Shown: positions 45,407 to 56,144, counted from the first letter of the stretch. The stretch is 64,000 nucleotides of DNA from Candidatus Poribacteria bacterium (GCA_965242965.1 OZ251518.1:1056001-1120000), one strand, 5' to 3'. The notes: generated by a model not told the origin, from the letters alone. Made by a program: numbers and translations.

Positions 45407-45626
45407 GAGGGTGTTTCATAAATTTATCCCTTGAGGGGAGGCGCATCGGGCCCATCTCTGTAATTCGGGTGCGCCTGCACCCGAACGGTTCAGGAGCAGG
45501 TGCTCCTGAACTACTCTGAGGGTGTTTCGTAAATTTATCCCTTGAGGGGAGGCGCATCGGGCCCATCTCTGTAGTTCGGGTGCGCCTGCACCCGAACGGG
45601 TCAGGAGCAGGCGCTCCTGATCTACA
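45407..45626. repeat. 111-bp tandem duplication of TIR end + REP doublet
   Basis: Units start at 45407 and 45518 with GAGGGTGTTTC(A/G)TAAATTTATCCC. Confidence 0.9.
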
Positions 45627-45670
45627 GGGGATACGGTCTGACAGAACATTCACTATTTAGGAGATTATTC

Positions 45671-46138
45671 ATGGCAAATGTAGGAAGTGCCGCGCCGGCG
45701 TTTACGTTAACAGGCGCGTTGAACAACGAAGATGTTGAAGTTTCGTTAAGCGATTATGAAGGCAAAAACTTAGTGGTGCTTTTCTATCCACTCGCTTTTT
45801 CGCCGGTTTGCGCGGAGCAGGTTCCGGATTTCAACGCGAACCTTGCCGCTATCAAAGCGAAAGGTGCGGAGGTTATCGCCATCAACCGCGATTCGACCTT
45901 TGCGCACAAGGCGTGGAGTGCGGCACTCGGTGGTGTCGATTTCCCGCTTCTCGCGGATATGAACCTTGCTGTCTCCAAGGAGTTCGGCATGGCATTGGCG
46001 GAAGTCGGCATTACGACGCGCGGTGTTTTTATCGTTGACAAGGGGGGCGACATCGCTTTCAAACACGTGGAAGATGCGCCGCCGGACAATACGCTGACTG
46101 CCGAAGAGGTGCTGAGCGAGTTGGATAAATTGCAATAG
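45671..46138 (+). CDS. Peroxiredoxin (AhpC/TSA family, AhpE-like, single Cys)
   Basis: FYPLAFSPVC, FPLLAD, RGVFIVDKGG. Confidence 0.9.
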   Translation: MANVGSAAPAFTLTGALNNEDVEVSLSDYEGKNLVVLFYPLAFSPVCAEQVPDFNANLAAIKAKGAEVIAINRDSTFAHKAWSAALGGVDFPLLADMNLAVSKEFGMALAEVGITTRGVFIVDKGGDIAFKHVEDAPPDNTLTAEEVLSELDKLQ

Positions 46139-46165
46139 GTGCTGCTGCTGTATATTTCGCGCACC

Positions 46166-46608
46166 GTAGCGCGGGGGCCTGTCCCCCACGGATATCTCGC
46201 GCATCGTAGCGCGGGGGCCTGTCCCCCGCGATCGTTGGAGTGCGCGAGCACTGGCGAGGGACAGGCCCTCGCCCTACGGTAAAGGGACGGCTTTTCTCCG
46301 CCCGTAGCGCGGGGGCCTGTCCCCCACGATTGTTCGGTAGACCGAGGCATGGCGAGGGACAGGCCCTCGCCCTACGGTGAAACGGAGACGGCCTCCCCAA
46401 CCGTAGCGCGGGGGCCTGTCCCCCGCGATCGTTGAATTGCGCGAGCGATGGCGAGGGGGGGTGACGTTTTTTCATCGTAGCGCGGGGGCCTGTCCCCCGC
46501 GATCGTTGGAGTGCGCGAGCACTGGCGAGGGAAACCCGCTCGCATGCGCGTGTGGCATGCGAGGGCCCAAGCCCTACGGTAAAGGGACGGCTTTTCTCCG
46601 CCCGTAGC
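46166..46608. repeat. REP-like cluster upstream of tRNA-Gly
   Basis: About eight GTAG hairpins in alternating orientation. Confidence 0.85.
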
Positions 46609-46624
46609 GACGCGTCATTTTAAC

Positions 46625-46654
46625 TTGACACCACGGATATGCATGTGGTAAACT
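46625..46654 (+). promoter_or_regulatory. Promoter of tRNA-Gly
   Basis: TTGACA-18 bp-TAAACT with TG extension. Confidence 0.65.
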
Positions 46655-46663
46655 ATTAACAGT

Positions 46664-46735
46664 GCGGGTGTAGCTCAGCGGTAGAGCGTCAGCTTCCCAA
46701 GCTGAGGGTCGCGGGTTCAATTCCCGTCACCCGCT
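46664..46735 (+). tRNA. tRNA-Gly (CCC)
   Basis: GCGGGTG/CACCCGC acceptor stem; anticodon arm TCAGC-TTCCCAA-GCTGA; T-loop GTTCAATTC; CCA not encoded. Confidence 0.97.
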
Positions 46736-46918
46736 TCATTCAGAGTTGTCCTGAACGCGTATGGCGTGGGACAGGCCCTCGCCATGCCGCAAGGTAGGAG
46801 AGACCTCCCGGTCTCGATGCACTTGATGTGCCTATCGGGACAAGGATGTCCCTCCTACCAACCAGAAAAAAAGCAAATTCGCGCTACAACAGCGCGCGGA
46901 CCGGAGATAGAGAAAACC

Positions 46919-48043
46919 ATGGCACAAAGAAATCGACTCACCAAAGAGGAAATCCAAGAAGATAAGTTCGTTGAGGTGACGCTGCAGGCTTACGCGTTCC
47001 TGAGGGAGAACCTTCGCTCCATCATCATCGTCGTTGGCGTAGTCATCGTTGCGGTAGGCGGCTATGCGGCTTATCATCAAAATCAAGAGAACCGCCGTGC
47101 GGAAGCCTCCATCGCGCTCAACGCGGCAACGGAGGCGTATCAGAATGCTGAGGAAAGCCTTTTCGATTCAGCAAAGTTGACAGAAGGCGAGGAGGCACTG
47201 AAACAGGTGCAGCCGCAACTTCAGTCGGTGTTTCAGAAACACCCGAACACCGAGTTCGCCGACAAGGCGCGCTATCAGTACGCGAAAACCCTCTACTATC
47301 AGGGTGATTACGCCGGTGCGCGCACGCAGTTCCAAGCGATTGTCGACGCGCCGCAACCCGATAATCAGATTTACAGTCTCTACGCGCAAAAAGCGATAGG
47401 CAACTGCTATGAGCAGGAAGGTGACTACGCGAACGCCATCGCTGCGTATCAACCCAAGGCATTCCAACCTACGCCCCGGGTCTCGCCGGAAATTCGTCAA
47501 TATGTGCTTGCCAACGCCAAATTCAGCCAGGCACTCTGCTATGAAAAACAGGGCGAGCTGGAAACGGCGCGCGCCACCTACAAAGAGATTCTGGACGAAT
47601 TCCGCAGCACGCTTGAGGCGGGAGTTGCCCAGAAAAGCATGGAGAGGGTTGCAGAGGCGAAAGCGGTTATCGCCGCTATTAACGAAGAGGAGCCCTTCAC
47701 CGTTGCGAACGCCGAGCAACTGGAGGCAGAGCAACGTTATTTTGAGGCATTCGTTGCGTATACGGATGCAATCCGCACCTATAAGGTGAACAAAGACATT
47801 GAGAGCGGCTTGTCTTCAGAATTGCGGAAGCAGATTGGGCGTTTTGAAAAACGTGCTACCGCGATGATAAATAACGTGCAAGCCGCCCAGCGCGCCGACA
47901 CCGAAGGACAGCAGGGCACTTGGCTTTACAACTATAACCAAGTTGTCGAATTTGAGCATCTCGGATTAAGTCGCCGTCTCTACGAAAACGCAAGTCTGCA
48001 CTACAAACGTCTCACAACCGCGCCAAACGGCGAAGAAGAGTAA
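46919..48043 (+). CDS. Membrane-anchored tetratricopeptide repeat protein (YfgM-like N-terminus)
   Basis: KEEIQEDKF, one TM helix, TPR motifs AKTLYYQGDY, GNCYEQEGDY, ALCYEKQGE. Confidence 0.85.
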   Translation: MAQRNRLTKEEIQEDKFVEVTLQAYAFLRENLRSIIIVVGVVIVAVGGYAAYHQNQENRRAEASIALNAATEAYQNAEESLFDSAKLTEGEEALKQVQPQLQSVFQKHPNTEFADKARYQYAKTLYYQGDYAGARTQFQAIVDAPQPDNQIYSLYAQKAIGNCYEQEGDYANAIAAYQPKAFQPTPRVSPEIRQYVLANAKFSQALCYEKQGELETARATYKEILDEFRSTLEAGVAQKSMERVAEAKAVIAAINEEEPFTVANAEQLEAEQRYFEAFVAYTDAIRTYKVNKDIESGLSSELRKQIGRFEKRATAMINNVQAAQRADTEGQQGTWLYNYNQVVEFEHLGLSRRLYENASLHYKRLTTAPNGEEE

Positions 48044-48048
48044 ACCTT

Positions 48049-49086
48049 ATGAAACTTAAGAAATCTGTCTCACTGTTCGCACCGTTAGCACCGTCTGTTT
48101 CCCGAACATGGCTGACACTTGGTGCTTTCCTGATATGCCTGTCTCTGTTATCGGTGCCGTTCGCTAACGCCGCGCCGACCGGCAGACTCGCTTATGCCGT
48201 GAACGGCTTTGACGAGAATCTGGGCCGCTTTGACTGGAACCTCTACACCACCGTGCTGCGGGGCACCAAGGACTTCAAAGGACTCCCGCTGAATCATAAA
48301 GGAATGTATCCATCGTGGGGACCGCGGGGAGAACTGCTCTATTTCGTGCAATGGGATGCCGGGCAGGCAGACATCTATTCCATTAACCCCAGCAGCCCGA
48401 AAAATAAGAAACGCATCACCGAAATTTCTGGGACGTATCGGTTCCTTTCTGCATCGCCGAATGGGCAAAAACTCGCTTTCAGCGGGTGGACGATGGAGCA
48501 GGTGCCGCAGGAAAACCAGATCTGGGTGCTTGATGTCCCTAGCGGGGAAATGGAAGCAGTGACAGAGGTGCCGCACTTCGGATGGCCCTATTCTTTCTGG
48601 GGCATCTCCTGGGCACCGAGCGGAAAACGCCTCGTCTTCTCACTCGCCAGACCCGGGTGGTTGGAGCAACTCTATCTATTAGACGTTGAAACCAAAGAGA
48701 TAGAAATCTTAACCGAACTCAACAAAGACTTCTATCCCGTGTGGGCACCCGATGGCAAACGCATCCTTTTCCTCCGATGGAACAGGGAATTTGACACGTT
48801 CTGCACGATTGACGTTGAGACGAAAACGATAGAACCGCTGTTCGATGTTGACAAAGCCACCGGCTACTGGGGGGACTGGGCACCCGATGGCGACTACATC
48901 GTCTATTCGCGGTGGGGTACCCTCTACGTCTATGATTTCGAGACGATGGAGACAGAAGAGCTGCTAGAAGTAGACGGTAGCATTTTCGTCGTCTCGTGGC
49001 TGCGGGATATTACTAACCTGCCTGTCGAATCTCGGCACAAACTGGCGACGACGTGGGGACAATTGAAGCGTCCTGACAACAAGTAG
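48049..49086 (+). CDS. Secreted TolB-like beta-propeller with KLA-x2-W tail
   Basis: PD40-like SPNG/WAPSG/WAPDG repeats; tail VESRHKLATTWGQLK. Confidence 0.85.
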   Translation: MKLKKSVSLFAPLAPSVSRTWLTLGAFLICLSLLSVPFANAAPTGRLAYAVNGFDENLGRFDWNLYTTVLRGTKDFKGLPLNHKGMYPSWGPRGELLYFVQWDAGQADIYSINPSSPKNKKRITEISGTYRFLSASPNGQKLAFSGWTMEQVPQENQIWVLDVPSGEMEAVTEVPHFGWPYSFWGISWAPSGKRLVFSLARPGWLEQLYLLDVETKEIEILTELNKDFYPVWAPDGKRILFLRWNREFDTFCTIDVETKTIEPLFDVDKATGYWGDWAPDGDYIVYSRWGTLYVYDFETMETEELLEVDGSIFVVSWLRDITNLPVESRHKLATTWGQLKRPDNK

Positions 49087-49094
49087 GAGCCGCA

Positions 49095-49451
49095 ATGATG
49101 AAATTATTAAGCGTATGCCTTTGCATCGGCATTCTGCTTACGACTCTTCCGGCGTTCGCCGCTCTGAGTGTGGCAGATCTTGAGCAAATCCGCACAATCG
49201 TTAGAGAGGAAAATGCCGCCTTCGAAGCGCGGATGCAGGTGCAGATTGATGAGTTGCACACCCGACTTGATGGGTTGCAAACGCTGATAGAGATCCAGTT
49301 GGCGTTAGTGGCTTTCATCGCGGTTTTCATCTGTATTCCACAGATTATCGTGGCAATGCGGCGCAAAAAGGAACGCGAACTTGAGGAGAAAATCGAGGCA
49401 TTGCAAGCGGAAATAAACGCGCTCAAACAGCGATGGCTCGTCGGCCCCTAA
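49095..49451 (+). CDS. Hypothetical coiled-coil membrane protein
   Basis: AGGAG RBS; signal peptide, coiled coil, TM helix, coiled coil. Confidence 0.75.
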   Translation: MMKLLSVCLCIGILLTTLPAFAALSVADLEQIRTIVREENAAFEARMQVQIDELHTRLDGLQTLIEIQLALVAFIAVFICIPQIIVAMRRKKERELEEKIEALQAEINALKQRWLVGP

Positions 49452-49475
49452 CGCGGCTGCCGAGAGGAAAAAACG

Positions 49476-51905
49476 ATGTTAACCGGCGTTGAAACAGTCC
49501 TTGAATACGATAAGATTAAGGTGCTGCTGAAAAAGTATACCGCTTCGCAGCTCGGTGCGGCGCGCGTTGAGGCACTGATGCCATCGGACGATGTCGCCAC
49601 GGTGCGGCAACAGCAGAAGCTGTGCAGCGAAGCGAAAACTTTCCATCAGTTCCACGGTGGGATTCCGTTGGGCGGTTTAAAGCACATCGGAAGTTCGCTG
49701 CGTCACGCCGCCAAGGTAGGTTCAATTTTAGACGCTGAGGAGCTCATCGATATCGGCAAAGTTGCACGGATTCCATCGGATATCCACCGCGCGTTCGCCA
49801 AACGCAACCGGGACGATTTTCCACACCTCTGCTCTATCATAGACGCGCTTCCGAGGTTTCCTGCGTTAGTGGAAGCAATTGCCGATTGCATCAGCCCAGA
49901 TGCCGAAATTTTGGATAGAGCCAGTCCCACCCTGCGCGCTATCCGCAGAAAACTGTCAAGTCTCCGTCAAAACATCCATGAAAAATTAGAGGCGATGCTT
50001 CGCTCACCGGATTACCTGAAATCGGTTCAAGAACCAGTCATCACCTCGCGGAATAACCGCTACGTCCTGCCGATTAAGCAAGAAGCGCGCGCGTTTTTCC
50101 GCGGTGTCGTCCAAGGGCAATCGACGAGTGGTGCCACCTTCTTTATGGAACCCCTGGCCATCGTTGAGATGAACAACGCGCTCCATGAAGCAGCCGAAGC
50201 CGAACATCGCGAAATCCGACGCATCCTTTTGGAACTCGCAGACGTGGTGCGTGAGAACCTATCAGAACTTGAATACGCCTTGGAACTGCTGGCGGAACTC
50301 GATTTCCTGAATGCGAAGGCACGCTTCAGTCTCGCGTTGAACGCCGTTGAACCGGTGTTAAATACCGATGGCGTTGTTAAACTTGTTGACGCGCGGCATC
50401 CATTACTTGAATTCCACCTTAAAAAGGCAACACCGCCGCCGACAGGACAGGGGGGTAAACCCACCCCAGTGCGCGTCGTGCCGACGAACATCCATATCGG
50501 CAAATCGTTTAAAACACTCGTTATCACCGGCCCGAATACTGGCGGCAAAACTGTCGTCCTCAAAACAGTAGGATTATTGGCACTGATGGCACAATCGGGT
50601 TTGCACATCCCGGCGGCGCACGGCAGTCAAACCGCCATCTTCCATCAGATTTTTGCCGATATCGGCGATGAACAGGGGATTGAACAGAATCTGAGTACCT
50701 TTTCCTCGCACATCACGAAAATCGCTGCGATGCTGGACAGGCTCGCCGATGCTGACGATACGCACTCTCTCGTGTTATTAGACGAAATCGGTGCTGGCAC
50801 CGACCCGAGTGAAGGGACTGCTCTCAGCATGGCACTCCTTGATTGGCTCGCGCAGCACAAGGCGAACACCATCGTCACGACGCACTACGGCGCGCTCAAG
50901 GCGTATGCGCATGCTCAACCGCAGATGGAAAACGCCTCTATGGAGTTTGACTGGACAACGCTCCGGCCAACGTATCGCGTGCAGGTAGGCGTGCCGGGCA
51001 GTAGCAACGCCATCAAAATTGCGGCGCAACTCGGTATCCGCGATGAGGTGCTTGACGAAGCGCAAACCCACCTCGGCAACAATAACGTCGCTGTCGAAGA
51101 ACTGCTCGTAGAACTGCAAGAGCAAAAAGATGCGCTGGAAATCGAACGCGCTCTTCTTGAAAAGAAAATCCGCGAGGCGGAGAAGACAACACAAAAACAT
51201 GAGCAGTTAGTCCAAAACTTTGAAACCGAACGAAAAATCATAAAAAAGCAGGCTGAAACCGAGGCGATGGACATCGTTTCCAATGCCCGGCGCACCGTAG
51301 AGAAACTCATCGCCGATATCCGCCGCGAAAATGCCTCTAAAGCGAGCATCCAACAGGCGTTCTCTCAAATCGAAACCGCGAAAAAACAGCTGAAACCTAA
51401 ACCGAAACCGCAGCGCAAAAAACCGCAGAAATTCGCCACGCCGAAAGTTGCTGTCGGCGATAAGGTGCGTATCAAAAAATTAAACCGATTCGGGGAAGTT
51501 ACCGCAATCGCGCCGAAGAGCAACAGCCCGCTGAAAATCGTGGTAGGCAACATGCATGTCCAAGTCGCTTACGCCGAGATCGACCAGGTGCAGCCGAAGA
51601 GTCAGGTGGCAAACATCTCTGCTTCCGTGCTGGACATTCAGCATCAAAAGGCGAGCACCGTCCAGAGTGAACTCAACATTCGCGGCATGCTGGTGCACGA
51701 GGCGTTAGACATCACGGATAAATACTTGGACGATGCGTATCTCGCCGGCATGCCAACGGCGCGCATTCTGCACGGTAAAGGGACCGGGGCGTTGCGCACT
51801 GCTGTCCATGAGGAATTGCGCCACAATCCGCGCGTCACTAAGTATCAGTTCGCACCGCAGAGCCAGGGCGGCGAGGGAGTTACCGTCGTTACGTTCAAAG
51901 ACTAA
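49476..51905 (+). CDS. mutS2: Endonuclease MutS2
   Basis: ITGPNTGGKT, DIGDEQGIEQNLSTFSSH, LLDEIGAGTDP, Smr domain HGKGTGALR. Confidence 0.96.
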   Translation: MLTGVETVLEYDKIKVLLKKYTASQLGAARVEALMPSDDVATVRQQQKLCSEAKTFHQFHGGIPLGGLKHIGSSLRHAAKVGSILDAEELIDIGKVARIPSDIHRAFAKRNRDDFPHLCSIIDALPRFPALVEAIADCISPDAEILDRASPTLRAIRRKLSSLRQNIHEKLEAMLRSPDYLKSVQEPVITSRNNRYVLPIKQEARAFFRGVVQGQSTSGATFFMEPLAIVEMNNALHEAAEAEHREIRRILLELADVVRENLSELEYALELLAELDFLNAKARFSLALNAVEPVLNTDGVVKLVDARHPLLEFHLKKATPPPTGQGGKPTPVRVVPTNIHIGKSFKTLVITGPNTGGKTVVLKTVGLLALMAQSGLHIPAAHGSQTAIFHQIFADIGDEQGIEQNLSTFSSHITKIAAMLDRLADADDTHSLVLLDEIGAGTDPSEGTALSMALLDWLAQHKANTIVTTHYGALKAYAHAQPQMENASMEFDWTTLRPTYRVQVGVPGSSNAIKIAAQLGIRDEVLDEAQTHLGNNNVAVEELLVELQEQKDALEIERALLEKKIREAEKTTQKHEQLVQNFETERKIIKKQAETEAMDIVSNARRTVEKLIADIRRENASKASIQQAFSQIETAKKQLKPKPKPQRKKPQKFATPKVAVGDKVRIKKLNRFGEVTAIAPKSNSPLKIVVGNMHVQVAYAEIDQVQPKSQVANISASVLDIQHQKASTVQSELNIRGMLVHEALDITDKYLDDAYLAGMPTARILHGKGTGALRTAVHEELRHNPRVTKYQFAPQSQGGEGVTVVTFKD

Positions 51906-51949
51906 TTCTCCAAAGGCCTAATTCTCTAAAGGCCTAATGCTCTAAAGGA
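51902..51949. repeat. 16-bp tandem repeat x3 between mutS2 and dnaG
   Basis: CTAATTCTCCAAAGGC CTAATTCTCTAAAGGC CTAATGCTCTAAAGGA. Confidence 0.85.
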
Positions 51950-51962
51950 AAGACACAATATC

Positions 51963-53777
51963 ATGAACCGAAATCGGGCAAACACCCACATTCCGCGCGA
52001 GCTGGTTGATGAAATTCGGACGCGGAGCGATATTGTCGAAGTTATCTCCGAGTGCGGGGTGCCGCTGCGTGTCGCCGGCCGCGATTACAAGGCACTCTGT
52101 CCGTTTCACGACGAGAAAACGCCTTCTTTTAGCGTCTCCGTGGAAAAGCAGATTTTCTACTGCTTCGGCTGCCAGACTGGCGGCAATGTCATCTCCTTCG
52201 TGCAAAAGTATGAAGGGAAGTCGTTCCTCGAGACCATCACGTGGTTAGCCGACCGGCTCAACATCTCGTTACCGAGTCAGGACGCGCGCAGCAGTGCCAA
52301 TCGGAAAAAGTTCACATCGCTAGAGGAACTGAATCGCTTTGCGCTGCAGTATTACCACCGGCAACTGCTCACCAAAAATATCGGAGACCAGGCGATGCAC
52401 TATCTCCGGCACCGCGGTGTGAAACCGCAAACGTTCAAGCTGTTTCAACTCGGGTATGCAAAATCCGCCCGGCGCGATTTAGTCAAAGCCGCGACAGATG
52501 AAGGCTGGACTATCCAGCAACTCGTCGATGCAGGGTTAATCAAAAACGAAGAGCACGGCCCGCAAGACAGGTTTTGGGGCAGGTTGCTCTTTCCAATTCA
52601 GAATGAGCGTGGCACCCCGGTCGGCTTCGGGGGGCGCGCGTTATCGGAGGAACGTCAACCGAAATATCTGAATTCGCCGGAAACAATGTTGTATAACAAA
52701 AGCAAGGTGCTCTACAACCTTGACAAGGCGCGGCAAGCGATTTACAAAAAGGGGCGCGCGCTTCTCGTGGAAGGTTACATGGATGCGCTGATGCTTTACC
52801 AACACGGAGTTGAGAATGTGGTTGCCGCCTGCGGCACGTCTATGAGCGAAGACCACGCCGTTTTGCTAAAGCGGTTTACTCCGGAAGTTATCCTCGTTTA
52901 CGATGGAGATAGCGCAGGGGTCCAAGCGGCACAGCGCGGGTTGCACCGTCTCTTAGCGGCCGGTTTACGGGTGCGAATCGCCTTAATGCCAAACGGCGAA
53001 GACCCGGATTCGTTTACACGTGAGCATGGCGCGGAGGCGTTCGCGGCACTCACCGATAAGGCGATAAACCTGATCGAATTTCAGATTCAGACCGGGGTTC
53101 AACAGCAGAACCTCCACCGCGTTGATGTCAAAACGCAGGTGGCCAAGGAGATTTCGGCGACGTTGATGCATATCCAGAATCGCATCGAACGGAGCGAATA
53201 CGTAAAATACGCGGCAAAGGAACTCCATGTCAGTCCGGACATTTTGTGGCACGAATTGCGAGACTTGGGGCTTAAAGAGACACCCGCGCCTTACCGCACT
53301 CGGACAAAGAAGCCTGCCGCCGAAAAATTGTCGCCACGCGCGCAAATTGAAAGCCAACTGATTGAAGCGTTAATCCAAAGTCCGACGCTGATCTCCTACA
53401 TCAAGACACAATTTCACTACGCGGATTTTACGGAACCGAAATTCGTCCAGATTGCACAATTGTTATGGGAAGCAAGCGCGGAAAACGAGGGGTTTGATAT
53501 CCAAAACCTTCTCAACGACTGTCCTGATGAGCAGTTGAGGGCATTCATTTCCAACGCGTTGCTCCGCAAAACACCACCGCATTTACAAGCGCGAGTAGAC
53601 GGCTGTCTCCGCAAGTTACGGCATTTCATCTTCAAAGACATGGAGCAGCGCGTTCGTTCGCATGCCATCGCCGAAGGGGCTGACGAGTTCGAGACGCTCA
53701 AGGAACTTGTAAAACTGTCAGACCAGCGGCGCGCCCTTGACGCACAGCCGATTCATGAACCCGGCGCGTATGAATAG
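51963..53777 (+). CDS. dnaG: DNA primase
   Basis: CPFHDEKTPSF...CFGC zinc finger, FGGR, KYLNSPET, VEGYMD, YDGD. Confidence 0.97.
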   Translation: MNRNRANTHIPRELVDEIRTRSDIVEVISECGVPLRVAGRDYKALCPFHDEKTPSFSVSVEKQIFYCFGCQTGGNVISFVQKYEGKSFLETITWLADRLNISLPSQDARSSANRKKFTSLEELNRFALQYYHRQLLTKNIGDQAMHYLRHRGVKPQTFKLFQLGYAKSARRDLVKAATDEGWTIQQLVDAGLIKNEEHGPQDRFWGRLLFPIQNERGTPVGFGGRALSEERQPKYLNSPETMLYNKSKVLYNLDKARQAIYKKGRALLVEGYMDALMLYQHGVENVVAACGTSMSEDHAVLLKRFTPEVILVYDGDSAGVQAAQRGLHRLLAAGLRVRIALMPNGEDPDSFTREHGAEAFAALTDKAINLIEFQIQTGVQQQNLHRVDVKTQVAKEISATLMHIQNRIERSEYVKYAAKELHVSPDILWHELRDLGLKETPAPYRTRTKKPAAEKLSPRAQIESQLIEALIQSPTLISYIKTQFHYADFTEPKFVQIAQLLWEASAENEGFDIQNLLNDCPDEQLRAFISNALLRKTPPHLQARVDGCLRKLRHFIFKDMEQRVRSHAIAEGADEFETLKELVKLSDQRRALDAQPIHEPGAYE

Positions 53778-53803
53778 CCGCGCCGAAATAAAGGAGGAAA
53801 CCC

Positions 53804-55321
53804 ATGATGAATTTCAGAGATGAGCTTCCTGTCGATTCTTGGGAATCCGACAGCGTAGATGAATCCGATTACGAAGATGAGGTTTACTTGTCTTCGGAAC
53901 CGACGAGTTACCGCGATGACCCGGTCAAAGTCTACATGCGCGAGATGGGGAAATTTCCGCTGCTGAACAAGAAGCAGGAGGTGGAGCTCGCGCAACAGAT
54001 TGAGGCGGGGCATCGGGCCGCCCAGGCAGCGACTTTTGACACGCCGCTCGCTATTATCGAGATTCGGAAACTCCTCTATAAAATCGTGACGGCGAAAAAG
54101 CGCGCCTCCGATATTATCGATATGCCTGTCCCTAGCACCTCCACTCAGAACAAAGAACGCAAACTTCAAGACCACGTGAAGAGAGCGTTGAAGGTGATAG
54201 AGACATTAGAGGAAGAACGGCTCACGGCACCCGGCACCAAGGGGCAGCCGCCCACCGCTGTGTGGCGTGGCCACGCTAAGCTCATCGCGCAGCTTGATAA
54301 ACTGAAGATAGACAGGGAGGAAATTAGCAAAATTTCTGACCTGGTGAAGCAGGCGGAGGGACAAATTAGCAAGTGGGAAGAGGAAGCGCGCTCGCTGAAG
54401 GAGAAACACGGGATTCCTGATGCGTGCCTCACTGAACTTCCGAGTGACGAACTGTCCACCGCGCATCAAGCCGCGCGTGTGCAGATTATCCGTATCCTGC
54501 GCAACATTCGGCAGCAGATGAACGAGATCGGCGTTTCGCGCGAGAAACTCCGAGAGTTAACGCAGGAGATTGACAAGGGTGAAGCCGCCGCGCAGGGTGC
54601 CAAAATGGCCATCGTTGAAGCGAACCTCCGCCTCGTCGTCAGCATCGCGAAGAAGTATCGGCACCGTGCCGCCGGGTTGGAATTCCTCGACCTGATTCAG
54701 GAAGGCAACATTGGCCTGATGCGCGCCGTCGATAAATTCGATTACCAGCGTGGCTATAAGTTCAGCACTTACGCCACGTGGTGGATTCGCCAGGGCATCA
54801 CCCGCGCCATCGCCGACCAGGGGCGAACCATCCGCATCCCTGTCCACATGCACGAACGGATTAACAAAATCCGCCGAGTGCAACGTTCGCTTCTCCAAGA
54901 ACTGGGTAGCGAACCCACTGTGGAGCAAATTGCCGCCGACATGAAAATCGCTGTCAGCAAAGTCAGCGAGGCGTTAGAAGTCGCACCGGAAACCATCTCG
55001 CTGGAGACACCCATCGGCGACGAAGACGACAACTCCATCGGCGAATTCATTGAGGACACGACTATCAATTCGCCGGTGAAAGAGGCGGAATTGAACATCC
55101 TCAAGGAGCAAATCCGTGAGGTGCTCAACGATTTAAGCGAAAAGGAACGGAAGGTTATCGTCCTCCGATTCGGCATTGAGGGTGGGTACCCGAAGACGCT
55201 TGAGGAGGTAGGGGCCCAATTCAAGTTAACACGGGAACGCATTCGGCAAATCGAGGCGAACGCGCTCCGCAAATTGCGTCATCCGACTCGAAGCCGGAAA
55301 TTACGCGATTTCTTGCATTAG
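53804..55321 (+). CDS. rpoD: RNA polymerase primary sigma factor
   Basis: [50 protein letters not shown]; follows dnaG. Confidence 0.95.
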   Translation: MMNFRDELPVDSWESDSVDESDYEDEVYLSSEPTSYRDDPVKVYMREMGKFPLLNKKQEVELAQQIEAGHRAAQAATFDTPLAIIEIRKLLYKIVTAKKRASDIIDMPVPSTSTQNKERKLQDHVKRALKVIETLEEERLTAPGTKGQPPTAVWRGHAKLIAQLDKLKIDREEISKISDLVKQAEGQISKWEEEARSLKEKHGIPDACLTELPSDELSTAHQAARVQIIRILRNIRQQMNEIGVSREKLRELTQEIDKGEAAAQGAKMAIVEANLRLVVSIAKKYRHRAAGLEFLDLIQEGNIGLMRAVDKFDYQRGYKFSTYATWWIRQGITRAIADQGRTIRIPVHMHERINKIRRVQRSLLQELGSEPTVEQIAADMKIAVSKVSEALEVAPETISLETPIGDEDDNSIGEFIEDTTINSPVKEAELNILKEQIREVLNDLSEKERKVIVLRFGIEGGYPKTLEEVGAQFKLTRERIRQIEANALRKLRHPTRSRKLRDFLH

Positions 55322-55472
55322 CGTGGAGCAATCAAGACCGGGAGGGCTCTCCTACGTCCACTCAACTTTGTCGGGCGAGGGATAGTTCTCCCTCGCCACG
55401 CCGCATTTGCATCAAATTGGGCATCAAATCCGTTTCGCGCCATTTTTCTCTCGCACGGAGGTGATTTTCCAC

Positions 55473-56078
55473 ATGGCTTACAGCAGTTTTACGTTAAACG
55501 AAGTCATCGAAACGTTTGAATTAGACATCGTTGACTCCGAAGATTTCTTTGCTGAAGTGGAACCGGTGGCACCGAGTGCGCATCTCACCACCGCGTTGGA
55601 GCGGAAGGTGCAACTGGCGAAAGCGATTAACACGGAAAAGGCGCGCTCGGAGTTGATTGTTACCGAGGTCCTTGTGGAACTCCGCGAGCAGCTGGACAGG
55701 CGCATCAGTCTGTTTTCAGGCATTGACTTCAGCGTTGATGCCAATGATGGCTTGATAGGCGTGTGTGACTTTCTCGTCAGTCTGTCGCCCGTGCAACATC
55801 TGTTACAAGCACCTGTCATCGCGCTTGTCGCGGCAAAGCGGGATGACTTTTTATCCGGGCTCGGGCAATGTGTCGCTGAAATGATTGCTGCCCAACGCTT
55901 TAACGCCAAAAGGGGGAATGATATTCCTGCTGTTTATGGCGCGAGCACAACCGGTTTAGATTGGCAATTCCTGAAATTAACAGAGAAGCGGTTGGGCATC
56001 GATGCGGCGAGTTATGCTATCCGCGAATGCGACAAAATCCTCGGCATTCTCGTCAGCATGGTGGCACAGAAAGTGTAA
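55473..56078 (+). CDS. Hypothetical protein, restriction endonuclease-like fold
   Basis: GGAGG RBS; MAYSSFTL, EKARSELIV, GVCDF, GLGQCVAEMIAAQRFN, YGASTTG..WQFL. Confidence 0.75.
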   Translation: MAYSSFTLNEVIETFELDIVDSEDFFAEVEPVAPSAHLTTALERKVQLAKAINTEKARSELIVTEVLVELREQLDRRISLFSGIDFSVDANDGLIGVCDFLVSLSPVQHLLQAPVIALVAAKRDDFLSGLGQCVAEMIAAQRFNAKRGNDIPAVYGASTTGLDWQFLKLTEKRLGIDAASYAIRECDKILGILVSMVAQKV

Positions 56079-56115
56079 TCCGGATAGGCATTTCGCGGAC
56101 GAAAGCAAAAAAAAT

Positions 56116-56144
56116 TTGCTTTTTAGTTAGAAATATGGTATAAT
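56116..56144 (+). promoter_or_regulatory. Promoter of the tRNA pair
   Basis: TTGCTT-17 bp-TATAAT with TG extension. Confidence 0.7.
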
